A stretch of 64,000 bases of DNA from Epiperipatus broadwayi (GCA_028023455.1 JAQFVV010000011.1:5394001-5458000), one strand, 5' to 3'; positions 27,700-40,908 are shown, counted from the first letter of the stretch. Numbers and translations are program-made. The notes: generated by a model not told the origin, from the letters alone.

Positions 27700-28560
27700 C
27701 ATATCAAAAATTGGCTTCCTTAGATATTTTCTAGGTTTATATGTTAAACTTTCAGCATATCAAATAAGAGCTAATTGCAAAAAGAAGTTGTAGGCAGTCA
27801 CATGACTGAATTTTCAGAGTTTTAATCCAATATTCATTTTAAAATCCTTATCCAGTTATTGAACTTCTCATTTATAAAGCTCCCCATTCACTTTATTATT
27901 CTGGCTAAATAAAAAATATGACTTTTTTTTAAAAACTTGGCATTAATTAATTATAAAATCATTGTCAAAAAAATAAATAAAAAATCATAATCATCTTTTT
28001 AATAAATGAATGATAGATTTAATTACACATAATAAGTTCTTAAAGAGAATTTCATATTTTAGTAACATGATGGTTTTGGAAATCCCAAATTAGCAGTTGT
28101 GTTGTTTGGTTATTCTTGAAATTTAGCACATTCATTTGCAGATGTTTCACAAATGAACATACAATTTTCACTTTTTTCCTGATTCCTAGTAATAACATAA
28201 CCCATTAGATGGTATAATTTTGAGGATGAATACATTCAAGTTTTTTACAATAATTTTTTTGCATAAACAAATTGTTTATGATAGGCAAACCAATATATAA
28301 TGAAAAAATTCAATAACAGTCAAGCATTGGATTTCATAGCAACAATACCATTATTTTCAATAATTTTTGGCCTAAGTTTAATACTCCTATCAGTGCATAA
28401 ATTAATATCTCCAAAAGAATAATTAGTCTTTTAAAAATATTGATATAATAAGATTGTTTTTTCTATGAATATATAGTTTCGAAAGTGTAAGTATTGGTAA
28501 AATGAACCAAACAAATTTTAATATCATTAGCCATTGATTGATATGTCTAGGGATTTGAAG
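27700..28560 (-). mobile_element. Possible pogo/Tigger DDE_1 transposase relic
   Basis: Decayed minus frames CTDRSIKLRPKII...KSNA and QLLIWDFQNHHVT resemble DDE_1 motifs KL.P.II, N.KAWM and LLVWD...H.T. Confidence 0.3.
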
Positions 28561-30871
28561 AATAGAAGATATCAAATTAGATCTCACAGCATGTTTAATA
28601 CCATTCAGTTTTATTTCTGTCAGTGCTTGACTTCTATAAACTTATAGCTTTCTATCTATTTAGTTGAAATTTTATCATTTACAAAGCAAACTCAGCTATC
28701 AGTACTTTTTTCTATTCAGGTCTTAAAGTATTTACATCTAGTAAAGTTTGCATATTTTCTCACATCCATGTTTAATAAATTCTGCTTTAATATCAGTGCT
28801 TCTGATATGGAAGAAGAATTCCAATAATATTTAATATTTAACCCACAATGGTGTCATTTTATAATGTCATTGTTACAAACAGTATTTGATACTAACAATG
28901 AGAAAAGTATTATTTTATGATATAATTAAGGTTTTAAGTGGACATTAAAAAAAATAAAACAAAAATAATTTTAAAATAATTTACTTCAGTCTAGAATATG
29001 TACTGTACATTTTTCTTGTATACTCCATACAAATCGACTTGCTATATATTTTCATCTATAAAAAGTTTTTCTTTTCAACTGGGATCAGTTGGACAAATTC
29101 CTTTAAGAAAATTGAGAGCAGTTATTATAATGAAATAAATTTGATTTTTTTTATTATAAGCCATTACTTATAAAAAATATAATATTTGTATAAAAAAGTA
29201 AAAAATGGAAAAATGTAATTACTTACTTTTAGTACATAACTAAATGATTTATTGCTATCACAAAACAAGTGATATAAATATTTACACTGTATGAGCAAAA
29301 TGCATACTAATTATTAATATTTTTTTTATTTATATAAAATAAAGTTATTGAGATGGACACCTAATCAATTCATAAAATTTTAGAAAATCAATGCATATAA
29401 AAATTTTGTGCAGTATAATACTTCACTTACAGCCTTTGTGGCTTAAAGTCAAATGCATTTTCAGTGCAAAGCATGCTCTTCAAAAGGCATTTAAGGCTTC
29501 AAATTCTAAGTAATACTGGAATTTTTATTTCATTCCAGAAATATTTGTACGATGCAAAATTTATTATTGTTTAATTGCAGGATTTAATTTGTGGTATCTA
29601 TGTCAATACACAAAATTAAAAAGACATTTTTATTATTACAACTATTTACTTCTTTTCTATCTTCATCATTATTGATTTTATAATTACTTCCATTGCTTTG
29701 ATGATGATTAATGACAACCTATTCAGATTGTGCAAGATAGGTTATTTTTATAGTTTTCTTCTTTCATATTAATGGGGATTTCTGAATAGGGCTGCTTACT
29801 TATGCAGTCTTTTCTGAATGAAAGTTCTGTTCTTTATCTAGTTCAGAAAGTCTCTTTATTAATTATACTGTCTCTAAACAGTAATCGTAAATAATACCTG
29901 CTGGTCTTTAAAACCTGTCTCCATTGTTTGCACAAACACACACAAATCACAAAGAGGGAGAAGATTGCATTCAGAATTATATTATATGTTTAATTAAAGG
30001 CTGGAATTTTCTTAAACACACAATCATACTGTTACTATTAATTCATGGAGATGGATGATTGATAGAATGAAAAGCCATGACTACTAGGCCCTTTATGAAT
30101 TTTTTTAATGTATATGAATATATTATATTATTAAGAGCTGACTTAATGAAATATTGAGCAATCATAATGAAATTCATCTATTATTGATAGTAGATACTAT
30201 AGTAATGCACTACATGGGAGAAGTTTGAAAGGAACTACATATTGACCATCAGGTCAGTACTTTTAGAAATTTTGATATAGATTAAGTAATATATCAAAGA
30301 AAAAAGTTATATGAGAATGAAAAACAAACAAATGAGAAATTATATAATAAGGAAAGGGAATATTCAGATAGAATTAAAAAAATCATTTCCAGTTACTAAA
30401 TAGAAAAAATATATTGAAAGCATCAAAAAGAGTGATAGATTGATAAGGAAAAAAATAAATGCTTATTATTGTATTGAAATTGCTAAAGAAAGAAAAAAAT
30501 ACAGAAACAATCTAAGGCACTTGGGGGGGGGGGGGTTGTGATGGAATTAACAGTTTACCAAAATGGTAAGAATTTAAATAATTATTTAATACAGTTGTAT
30601 ATATACATATTAAGAAAAGAAAATTTAATTGGCTGAATATTTATTTGTTGGATTATTTACATCATCTATTTGAAATTATTAATTGCCTTGTAGTGGCAGA
30701 TTCTAGAGTTGAAGTCCATGGATTATAGTCTAGATCTGCCACATCCCATGCTCAAAATTTTTATGAACTCTAGAGCAATAAAACATTCAGTAGTTTTTTT
30801 TATTTATAATGGTTTTAGAAAAATTTCAAACTTTATTTATATTTTTCTAAATGTATTTGTATTGAGTTTTT

Positions 30872-31124
30872 CCTAATAACATTTAATACATTGTACAGGC
30901 TTAAACCTGCATTATATATGTAATATATGCGGGTTCGAACTCAGACTTTCACACGATCCTCCACTCTCAGTGCCATCTCATATTGCTGACCCACCTGATC
31001 ACACACATGTTGGTGATTATTTATCTTTTCAACATGTGTGTGATCAGGTGGGTCAGCAATATGAGATGGCACTGAGAGTGGTGGGTTGTGTGAAAATCTG
31101 AGTTCGAACCCCTAATAACATTTA
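30872..31124. mobile_element. Palindromic insertion PAL1 (family A), 14-bp TSD cctaataacattta
   Basis: TSD 30872-30885 and 31111-31124. Inverted arms 30931-31012 and 31030-31111 (82 bp, 4 mismatches), 17-nt loop, 45 nt of extra sequence on the left. Homologous to 43119-43268. Confidence 0.9.
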
Positions 31125-31269
31125 GTAATGTCAACTAGATAATTAAATAGTCCAGCATATAACTACAAATGAAAAGTGCATATCCCAACTTTGAAGAAAA
31201 TTAAACATGATAGATTAATAGTATAGCTCATCAAACATATTTGAAAATATTTACTTCATAGTTTGATAT

Positions 31270-31870
31270 TAGATATCTGGAAGAAATAAAAAATTCTCAT
31301 GATTAATTTGCAGTCTTATAGTCTTATCCTAAAAAAGGAAGCAGACCTGATCATTTTAATACAACAAATATCTCTACTAACTTGTGGGAAAATTATTATT
31401 GTACACATAGAGATCTCTATTAACTTGTGGTAAAAATATTGTTAATAAACCATTCAAAGAACAACATCAGTCTGTTTTTCTTAAAGAACATCGACAATGG
31501 TTCAAATTTTTATTATATGAGAATTAATTGTAAATTGTTGGAATATGATGGAAAAATTAATGTATTTTCATTGATTTGTTGATATACTATAGGCTTATAT
31601 GCAAAATCATGAAAATATTTCAAATATACATCTCAATTTGATAAGATTGTGCATAGAGGGAACCAAATATAAGATTAGTACTGAAATACAATTTAATGAG
31701 GACTTTCAAGTGAAGTGAGATGAGCCATTATTTCTAGTCTTGTATTATTCTAGATAGAGCTTTCTAAAAAAAAAAAAGATATATGAATTAAGACTGGTCA
31801 AAGAGCTAGTATTTTAGAATCTGTAGATGATGTGGCAGTTATAACAGAAAAAGAAGAAATAATTACACAC
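31270..31870 (+). mobile_element. Decayed RTE-type RT fragment
   Basis: Remnant motifs in the expected order: PKKG, ISLL, E.Q..F, STM.QIF, CWEY-like, FIDL, VDDVAV. Small internal duplication atctcta.taacttgtgg at about 31371 and 31415. Confidence 0.5.
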
Positions 31871-32038
31871 ACAAAGTAGAATTAATTAGCACACTAAATT
31901 AAGATATATGAAAGCTGGATGCAAAAATGGTGAATGTTGGGGGAAATATATAAAAATTATCATCCACTACTCATTTTGTTTTTACAAATCTTATTTCTTC
32001 TATGAATCAAATTAGTCTATATCTTATATATATATATT

Positions 32039-32275
32039 AATAATTCAAACAAATATATTTAACACAGTATTCAAAATCAAATAATATATTCTTTACCAGA
32101 AGTACTTTCATTTGTTTCACTGACAATCTTTATCAACTGTTAATACAAACGTATTTTTTGTACGTTTGTATTAACAGTTGATAAAGATTGTCAGTGAAAC
32201 AATTGAAAGTACTTCTGGTAAAGAATATATTATTTAATTTTGAATACTGTGTTAAATATATTTGTTTGAATTATT
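32039..32275. repeat. Near-perfect palindrome PAL2
   Basis: Arms 32039-32153 and 32161-32275 (115 bp, 2 mismatches), 7-nt loop ttttttg. Confidence 0.95.
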
Positions 32276-32300
32276 ATTATATAATTTAAAAATACAGACA

Positions 32301-32716
32301 TATAATGGTTGTAGTTTCTTTATTCCTGTCTTTCACTGACGATAGCAAAAAGTTTGTAAAAATCATTTTAAGGGGGAGGTATTTTTGTAAGAGGTGGTGA
32401 ATACTAACTTCTCTGTTTTTTTACAAAACACACCTCGCTGGTGGTTTGGGGGGGAGGTCGCCTGTTGTCTGTGAAATAAAATTTAGGCGGTTGTTTATTT
32501 TTTATTTTTTTTTTTTTTTTTTTTTATTTTAGTTTTTCTTTCTATGTTTTACATTGAATGGGGTTGTATGCTGTGGTTATGTGGGGTTGAGTTAAGACCC
32601 ATCTACCCATCTTTGTTGTTTTGTTGTGTTTGTTGAGGTTTTTTATGTAAATAATTTATTAAATTAAGCTTGATAATAAATTTTATATAGATTCTTAGAT
32701 TTTGTGTTTTTGTTTT

Positions 32717-32750
<34 letters not shown>

Positions 32751-32891
32751 GATAACTAATAATTTAAAATATAAGATGAAAGAAGAATAAATAGAGATAG
32801 AGATAAATAATTATATTTGTGTTAAAAAAAAAAAAAAGTTGGTTGGGGGGGGGGGCTTTCAAAAAAATAAAAAATTATAATGGTTGTAGTT
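32301..32891 (+). mobile_element. About 560-bp G/T-skewed insertion with A-rich end and 16-bp TSD tataatggttgtagtt
   Basis: Direct repeats at 32301-32316 and 32876-32891. Interior has long T, G and A homopolymers and ends aaaaaaataaaaaat. Confidence 0.7.
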
Positions 32892-33112
32892 ATATATATA
32901 TATATCATCTTGTAATTCTATCTATATTTCAATCATATTGCATGGGCATATTTAAGGTCTATTTCCAATTATGATTTTATATAATTACTTTGATTTTATT
33001 TTAATGTAATATGTTTTTAGCTTGAGGGGGGGGGGATATATATGCATATATGCACATTTTAGCATTTTTGGGTTTATATATATGCAGATATGCATATTAG
33101 CATTGCATTTTA

Positions 33113-35340
33113 TGAATTATCATTATCATCTTTAAGTATTATTGATTCATTGCGAACAAAGATTTCTTTAAGTTTAATCCTCTGCCACCAATCTATAGCT
33201 TCTCAACATCATAATAACAAATTCATTATTTCATCCAACCATTTCTCACTTTCTAGGCCATTTACAATTTCTTGGGTTTTTAATTTTTTTTTCCAATGAT
33301 ATCTATTATTCTCTTACCAAATATTATGCTTTCAATTTTTTTTTGTTACTCCCAGTATACATTTCTCCATACTTCATTGAGTAGTCTGAAATCTTTGTGC
33401 TCTCTTTTGTTATCATATGAATCTCAGATTTATAAGTAAAAATTGGCAAAATGTATTTATTAAAAACGTTCCTTTTCAAACATGTAGCCATGTTTCCTTT
33501 TAATAATAAGTTAGTTCTATCAAAAGCAATCCATCCAAATTTAATTCTATAACTTTACCTGCATTAATAATCTGAAGTATTTATAGTATTTAACTTCTTC
33601 TAATTCATGAGTATCAATCTTTAATTTCTTTTTCTGAGAAAATTCATTCAACATTGCTTTATTCATATTGGCATTTATCTTTAGACCTACTTTCTTACCT
33701 TTATCTGATAATTTCTTGCATTATTTCCTGAAGTTCTAAAGCATTATTTGCAATAATCTGAAACTAAGTGATTTAAATAATCTCCATGTACTATTTTCAA
33801 AGTTTCCATTTTAATCCACAGAATATTTCTTGCTGCAAAAAGTTGTGGCAATATAAAATCATTCTGGCAAAACCTTTTATCATTCTTAATTTTTTTTAGT
33901 GCCACCATTTAATCCAATTATTGGTATTTGCATTTTGATAAATATTTTTCAGAAAAGAATAATATCCCATATCTATAACTCCATGGTCCAAAATTATTTA
34001 ATAACTGTGGAATTGCTTATAGAATTAAATACTTTTTCATAATTTATAAATCCAAAGCATTAATGGTAATTCATATTTATTAATCATTTCTATAACTTAT
34101 TATCTGCATACTTGGATGTGATTCACTGTGCTAAAAAAAAACAATTAAATCCAGCTTGTTCTTTGGGGTGATTTGAATTTAAAATTGGATCTAACAATTT
34201 GTAATTATCATGATAAAGATTTTGTATACAACTAATAAAATATTTATAGGTCTGTAATTTCTAATATCTTCATCACCTTTTTTAAATATCAACATTTTTC
34301 CAATCATCATATATGTTTTTATCATTTAGACATTTGGTCTATAATTTTGCTAACAATTTTTCTAATTCTTCTCCTGCTTCATTTAAGATAGTAATAATAA
34401 TTTGATCATATACAGGTGTTTTAAACTTCTTCATTGATTTAAATGTATGTCTTAATTTTTCATTTAAATTATTTGGCAATTCACAGGATACAGTAGTTGT
34501 AGTTGCTATCTTGTTTTGTTCTTAATTATTACATAATTTTTCGCAGAACTCTTTCACATATTTCATGAAGTAATAATTCTATCTTTTCTTTTTATTGCTA
34601 TATACTTTTTAAGCTTCTATTCTCTTCAATAACTTTTGTTGTCAATTCATAGTTATATTTTCTTATATAAAAAACTCTATTTTATAATATTTTACAGACC
34701 TCCAGATCTTCAATTCTTTTTAAGATTTCATTTTTAAATATTTTGTTACTCTTTCATTTCTTTACATATTGTCTCACTTGATAATTGAGTGGAGAATTGG
34801 TTGGCTTATATAGCAGCTATGTTTGTTGCAGTTCTTAATAGAATATTAGTTATTTTCTTTTATTAATCTCAGTTAAGTTTGAATTATATTCAAAGTCTGT
34901 CAATATTTTAAAATGATGAGCAAGTTCTAATTTAAATTCATTGGAATATTTTAAAAGGTTTGTGATATTGACCAGTAATACTGTGTTTTTTTTTTTCTTT
35001 AGTTTTTTATTAACACATATCTTAGATTCTTACTGTGTTGAATCAGTTAAAACCATTACAAACTCAAAATTTACATATTATTATTAGTAATATTCATTAA
35101 GGCTGTAAATATAATCTAGCTTTTTTATTTTAGTGTTTTCATGTATATTTCCATTTAGCAATTTTCTCACAGATAAATTCATAATATACAATTTTTCTTT
35201 TTGTAATTTCTTCCTACAGCTATCCACTCCATCTTATACAACTGATACACATGACCTGAAAATTTCATAAGGCTGTGTCACCTCTCATTTCTGTCACTAG
35301 ATTACTCATAACACTTTATTATTTAAATTGTTTTTCAATT
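33113..35340 (-). mobile_element. Decayed, long RTE-clade LINE copy (same family as the 13.4 kb element)
   Basis: Colinear DNA homology to 13397-14935 (e.g. aagtttaatcc, aaagcattatttgcaa, ggtctgtaatttctaatatctt). Endonuclease remnant (agaaatgagagg = RNER) near 35290. Confidence 0.85.
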
Positions 35341-36069
35341 CTAGTATTAATATACCATTATACTTTTAAAATGTTAATATGACCAAAACATTTAGTATAT
35401 TGATATCAAAATTTTCTACTTCGTCATTGCAATGAGAACTTGATGCATATCTGCATTTGGTATCTTTTATTAAATTGAATAACTAATTTTGCCTTGTAAT
35501 TGATATACCATCAATTACTATAATGTTGTTCTTAAACTTTTTATTTATTATTAATCCTTTTCAACTTGTGCATTTTAAATAAAAGTACATGCTTACTTTT
35601 CTCATCAATTGTTTTTTCATTTTTTTTCTAACTTCACAATGTCTTATGATGTTCCATTGGATATTAGATAGTTCTTCCGATTTGTGTAATAGTATTTGAC
35701 TTAAACATGATCTACAATTATAGACAGCTAAATAATAGATCATTATGGAATCAGAATCTGATTTTTTATCAGGGATTTTTAGTATCTCCACATTCTACGA
35801 TCATCTGCTGCAGTGGCTGATGACTTTATAGTCTCCAGGAAATAAGGCCATAATTTATCTTTAACTATCATGACTATAATCTAAAAAATATTCACATTCA
35901 CATTTTATCCTAACTCCAAAAAAATTCAACTGATGTTTCAATTAAGAAATATCAGACGACTGTCAAAAAAGCCAAGATGTTTTTTTAGTCTTGAACTTGG
36001 AGGTAAAAAACTAATAAACTCATTACTGATATGCTTTGATGAGTAAGCTATCCATATTCATTTACTATA

Positions 36070-36328
36070 TAAGCATATAATAATCAATAAAGCAAGTCAT
36101 ATATATAGTGTGTCATTGCTTTTATGAGCTTGTATTTACAAATACATAATATAGAGAGCGTACCAATAGCTCAAACAAGCTCTTAATTGATAAGTGCGGT
36201 AAGAGAAAATATTTAAAATCTCTATCTGGAATATTCTTATCCGCAGACCAATTGGTTTTGAGCTTATGGCTCACCTGAGTGAGTCGCTAGAACATTCAGA
36301 CACTAGATCTAAAATATCAACTCAAGTA
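36070..36328 (-). mobile_element. Decayed copy of family B (retrozyme-like) element
   Basis: Homologous to 51890-52010 (ctagaacattcag / ctaggacattcag) and, as reverse complement, to 52300-52400 (agcttgtt.gagctatt, tacaagct, atgactt). Confidence 0.6.
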
Positions 36329-36432
36329 TTAAACCGGCAAAAACTCTCCCTATAGTAGTGCCACCTTGTGCTAACCAGAGTAATCAATGAGATGGTGATC
36401 ATGTGATGTTGAGTGGTTTATCAACTCAAGTA
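36315..36432 (+). mobile_element. 90-bp tailless element (family C) with 14-bp TSD tatcaactcaagta
   Basis: TSD 36315-36328 and 36419-36432. Body homologous to 62019-62115. Confidence 0.8.
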
Positions 36433-38489
36433 ATAATAGCTGCAATGCATGAAAGTATGGAGTGGGCATTAACAATTTATTATGCTTAATTCCTTTAATA
36501 TATTCAAGAGAAATCAAATGGTTTTACTTCTTTCCATAGCTTTTTGTAATAGATACACACATATAATGGACTTATAGTAAATCAATCTATTGATAACATG
36601 GAAGTGATATTTCATTTTCCTTATCACCAAAAATATTTTGTACTTAAAATAAGAAAAAAAAGAATCCTTATATAAAATTAATACTAAAGATAAGAAAATG
36701 TTCATTCAAACTATTTATTATTGGTAACAAAATGGTGGAGCTAAATTTCTGAAATTTTTAAGAATTAAGCACAATTGCTAAAAAAATATATTAAAATTTT
36801 TTAGTATGGTTATTACATAAAATTATGGTAAAATGAAGTGAAACTAACTTTATGAAGGATAATTGGAAATAGACTTTAAAGTGACCATAGAATATGATCA
36901 AAATGAATGTAGAGAAATTGAGTTTTAGAATAAACAGATTTGGGAAGGACAAATAGTATATTATGTTTATACATTGGGATTAATGGTTTAATTTTGAAGA
37001 AATAAAAAGGTTTTTATTTTATTAAATATATTTGGATGGAATATTATGTGATTTGGAAACTCTTAATAGTAGGTCTCTATAAATTTAAGAAAGAAAAACC
37101 AACCACTTTGATTTTTGGATTTGATTATCACCAGCTTTATAAAAGCAAGAATTGTATCAGTAGTGCTGCTCCTTAAGGAGATTTTTTCTTATTAGGTTAG
37201 TCATTAGAAAATGATAATAATGTTTTAAAGTGTAATCATCCAATTTCAATTGGATCACTCCTCCCAATTAGTAAAAGGAGAATTTTAAAAAAAGATTTTT
37301 GGACCAGTACTTTAAAGTTTAGTTAAAGAAAAATAAATGATTGGTGAAATGTATTACTGCCAGATATTTTTAGAATAAGAAGTAAAAGATTAAGACGACA
37401 TATAATTAGAAGAGAAGAAAGAAAATTAAGTGGGTCAATAAAAAGTAAATTTGGGAAAAATTAAAAATTATTAGAAAAACCATTGTTGTGTTGGTAAAGT
37501 CAAATACTACAGATTATTAGAAAATTAGGAGAGAATCTGAAGTTAGCTGGTTTTCACTAAATATCTCAGTGATTTGGAATGAAAACTTATGAAGCAAATC
37601 ATTTTATTGATAAAAATCCCTTTTTTTTTAAAAAAAAAAATACTAATTGTAATTGTAGGTTGTGCGCCTATATAATTTAGTGTGACAATACAATGACACA
37701 CTAAAGCCAAGGGTTCCTTATAGATTTTTAGCTGAACAAAATAAAAATAAACTTTCATTTGATCAGTTAAATGGAATTGTTGCATTTAAGTTTCCATTTG
37801 GTACACGAACACCATATGACTTTGCTATTGAGTAAGTGATTATAATGCAGATAGTAAATGGATTTATTTGGAACAGATTCATTTAAATCTAAAAAATAAA
37901 AAAAAAAATAAAAATAGTCATAGTTTCAAAACTTTCTTTAATTTTTTTGTCTGTTGTTCTTTACAGATTATTTTTTGTATTTAATTTCTTACATTCATCT
38001 ATTTTTAGCTATTTTTTTTGTTTTATAATAATTTTTTATAATAATAATGCAAATAAAATGAATGTGTGTGTGCATATATATAGACATATGTCAACATATG
38101 TGTATATATATACTAACATATTTCAAGTTATTCCTTGCATGCAATTGCTTGTTTCAAATATTAGCATTATATTAACATTTTAACTAGATTTCACCACAGC
38201 TATCTTTTAGATAATAGAGATCAAACAGACATGCTGCAGAGATACTTAAAAATGAAAAACGACAACAACAACAACAAAAAAAACTGTTAATTTTAATTTA
38301 GAAATGTTTTAAATACCTGATTTTAAATATATCAAGCACTTAACTAAAATATTTTGTCCATTAAAATCCAGAAATAAGATATGAGGATGTAAATGAGAAA
38401 ATGGATTTGAATCTAATGGTATTTTAATCAATATGATTCATAGAAATTATTGAATCAAAAGAGGAGTTAGGAGAAAGTGATAATGGAGA

Positions 38490-39110
38490 ATAAAAAACTG
38501 GAATTTGAAGTTAATAGCATTGTTCATCATGTCAAAGATTTTTGTTTTTTCAAATGTAAAAAAGCTTAACCATTTCATCACATTTATTAATGCAGATTGA
38601 TCATTTAAGAATTTCAATGGCTTTTCCAAATTGTGCTTGTTAATATGTGTTGTATCTGAAAAGGATTTTCATATTTGTAAAATCTATATCATAAGGAGAA
38701 TGACTATTAAAAATATTGAGCATTGTTCATATTAATATGTTAATTTATTCTAGCATTAATGGATATGAGTAGCTCTTTCCTTATTTCTAGGAGAGATGAT
38801 CATGCTAATGTGCTCAAACAATTATCAATATTTTCAAGACTTACTTTCCATGTTTTAGATAATCAGCTATAACATGAATTTTATCAACACTAAAATTATG
38901 TCTAGATGCAACACTTGTTATCAACGAGTAGGGCCATCAAAATTGTTAAATGACCAGATTGCATTAAAAAGCATGATGATATTGTTAAGCTTTTCTCCAT
39001 TTGAAAGAAAATCATTTAGCATATTGAATAAAAATGCCATCAACTTATTGCTTCTTAACTGTTGTTAGATTTTGATTGGACAAAAACTATTTTATCTTTA
39101 ATAATTTACA
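38490..39110. mobile_element. Old inverted pair of probable PLE GIY-YIG fragments
   Basis: The rc of 38490-38745 aligns with 38800-39060. The + frame SRCNTCYQRVGPSKLLNDQI resembles C..C...YVG.T.R.L..RI. Confidence 0.45.
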
Positions 39111-40345
39111 TATTTTGCTGTAAAAACTGTAACCTCAGCCTTTTATTTATTACCCCACTATTTCTCATGCTCACACTTTGTGCCTGACAAATTTTACATC
39201 AGGGATTTAAAAATCTGTAAATTAAAATACATCGTTTTTCAATTTTCTTATGTCTGCAACATTTCTAATTTGATGTCTAATATCTGAAAGATGATTGGTG
39301 GGATAAATATTGATATAATGCTAATATTTACAAGTAAATATGTACATGGAGGAATTCAAAATAGGTTCACATATTTTATTGTGAAAATTGCACTTTTATG
39401 CACATTTGTATACAAGTGACATAATTTTCAGTTCCATTATCTCTGTTTAATTTCATTGCTTAATTACATCATAGTCAGAAAATAGAGTTTCTTCAAAATT
39501 TCTAATATTTAAATCTATAAACCTGTAAAAATCTATTTAAAGCCTATAGCTATTTACAAGTGAGCTTGAATTGCGAATGCATTTAAACAATTGTTATACA
39601 GTGAAGCCATGTTATATACTATTACTTTGTTCCAAGCCATTTTTATGCCTATTGTATATCATATATAATAGTTCATATTTTGTTGATAAACTTTGATTAG
39701 AATAGAATACATATTGTTTATTGAACTGTAAGTATATAATACTTTTTAACGTGCACATTTATATAACATCAAATTTTTTATATATGGAGTCTGCATATAT
39801 AAATTAAAATTATAGTATAAACAAAGTTTTTAAAAAATAATAATGTAATTGTTAATAATAAATTAAGGGAATATATTTACAAAACTTTTCATTTACTAAA
39901 AAATACGAATAAGAAAAAAACTTATTATACCATATTTTTATTTTTAAATGAAATAAATTGTGAAATATCTGACTTTTACCATAATTAAACATGCTCTGGG
40001 TAGTATATATTGAAATGGGCAATGTATTATTCATTTCAGTGAACAATGTATTATTCATTTCAGTGTCAGCCCTGTAGTTTTGCACATAGGTAGAAGATTT
40101 TAAAAAAAATTAAAAAAATTCAGGCAGTTAAAGTATTTTTATGCAAATTAATCAATTAAAAAAACTGGAATGAGTTGTTAAAAATAGAAAGAAGTAAAAC
40201 ATATAAAAAAATCAATTTTTTTATTGTAGTAATTTATTCTGGATTCTTATTTTATTAGAATGATATCTGACTGTCAGTATACTCAGTGATTAAATGGAGA
40301 AAAAAACAACATCTGCTAATCTAACCTGGATATCTGAAAAACTTA

Positions 40346-40908
40346 ATATGTTTCTTCTAATTACATTCATATCGGCCTTTCAAGCCAATTGTGCAAACGC
40401 TTTGAGAGTGTTAAATAATAAATGAATACCCTCTGACCAATACAAGATATAGAATTTATGCAGGAATAAAAAGAATCCCTCTTATTCCTACGACTCAAAT
40501 ATTTATATATGTGCAAATCTGAAGTACTGGCACAGAAGGTGTGACAATATAACAGTCACTTTACTAGCACAGAAGGTATGACAATATAACAGTCACTTTA
40601 AATTTCATCGGCATCATTCATTCAGATGTTGTATATAGTAATTTAAAGTGACTGTTATATTGTCACACCTTCTGTGCCAGTACTTCAGATTTGCACATAT
40701 ATAAATATTTGAGTCGTAGGAATAAGAGGGATTCTTTTTATTCCTGCATAAATTCTATATCTTGTATTGGTCAGAGGGTATTCATTTATTATTTAACACT
40801 CGCAAAGCGTTTGCACAATTGGCTTGAAAGGCCGATATGAATGTAATTACAAATTGTATACAGATGCTATAAAAATAAATGCTTATTTATATATATGTTT
40901 CTTCTAAT
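40346..40908. mobile_element. Palindromic insertion PAL3, 16-bp TSD atatgtttcttctaat
   Basis: TSD 40346-40361 and 40893-40908. Arms 40358-40604 (includes a 37-bp tandem duplication) and 40640-40849 (210 bp, nearly identical), 35-nt loop, 43 nt of extra sequence on the right. Confidence 0.92.

Noticed and set aside
36950-37400. CR1/L2 RT remnant (atttttggaccagtacttt, like ILGPVLF)
   Set aside because: A single short motif, and neighbouring motifs are not in a consistent order.
40526-40598. CRISPR-like or satellite array from the 37-bp repeat
   Set aside because: Only two adjacent units without spacers, in eukaryotic context; a simple tandem duplication.
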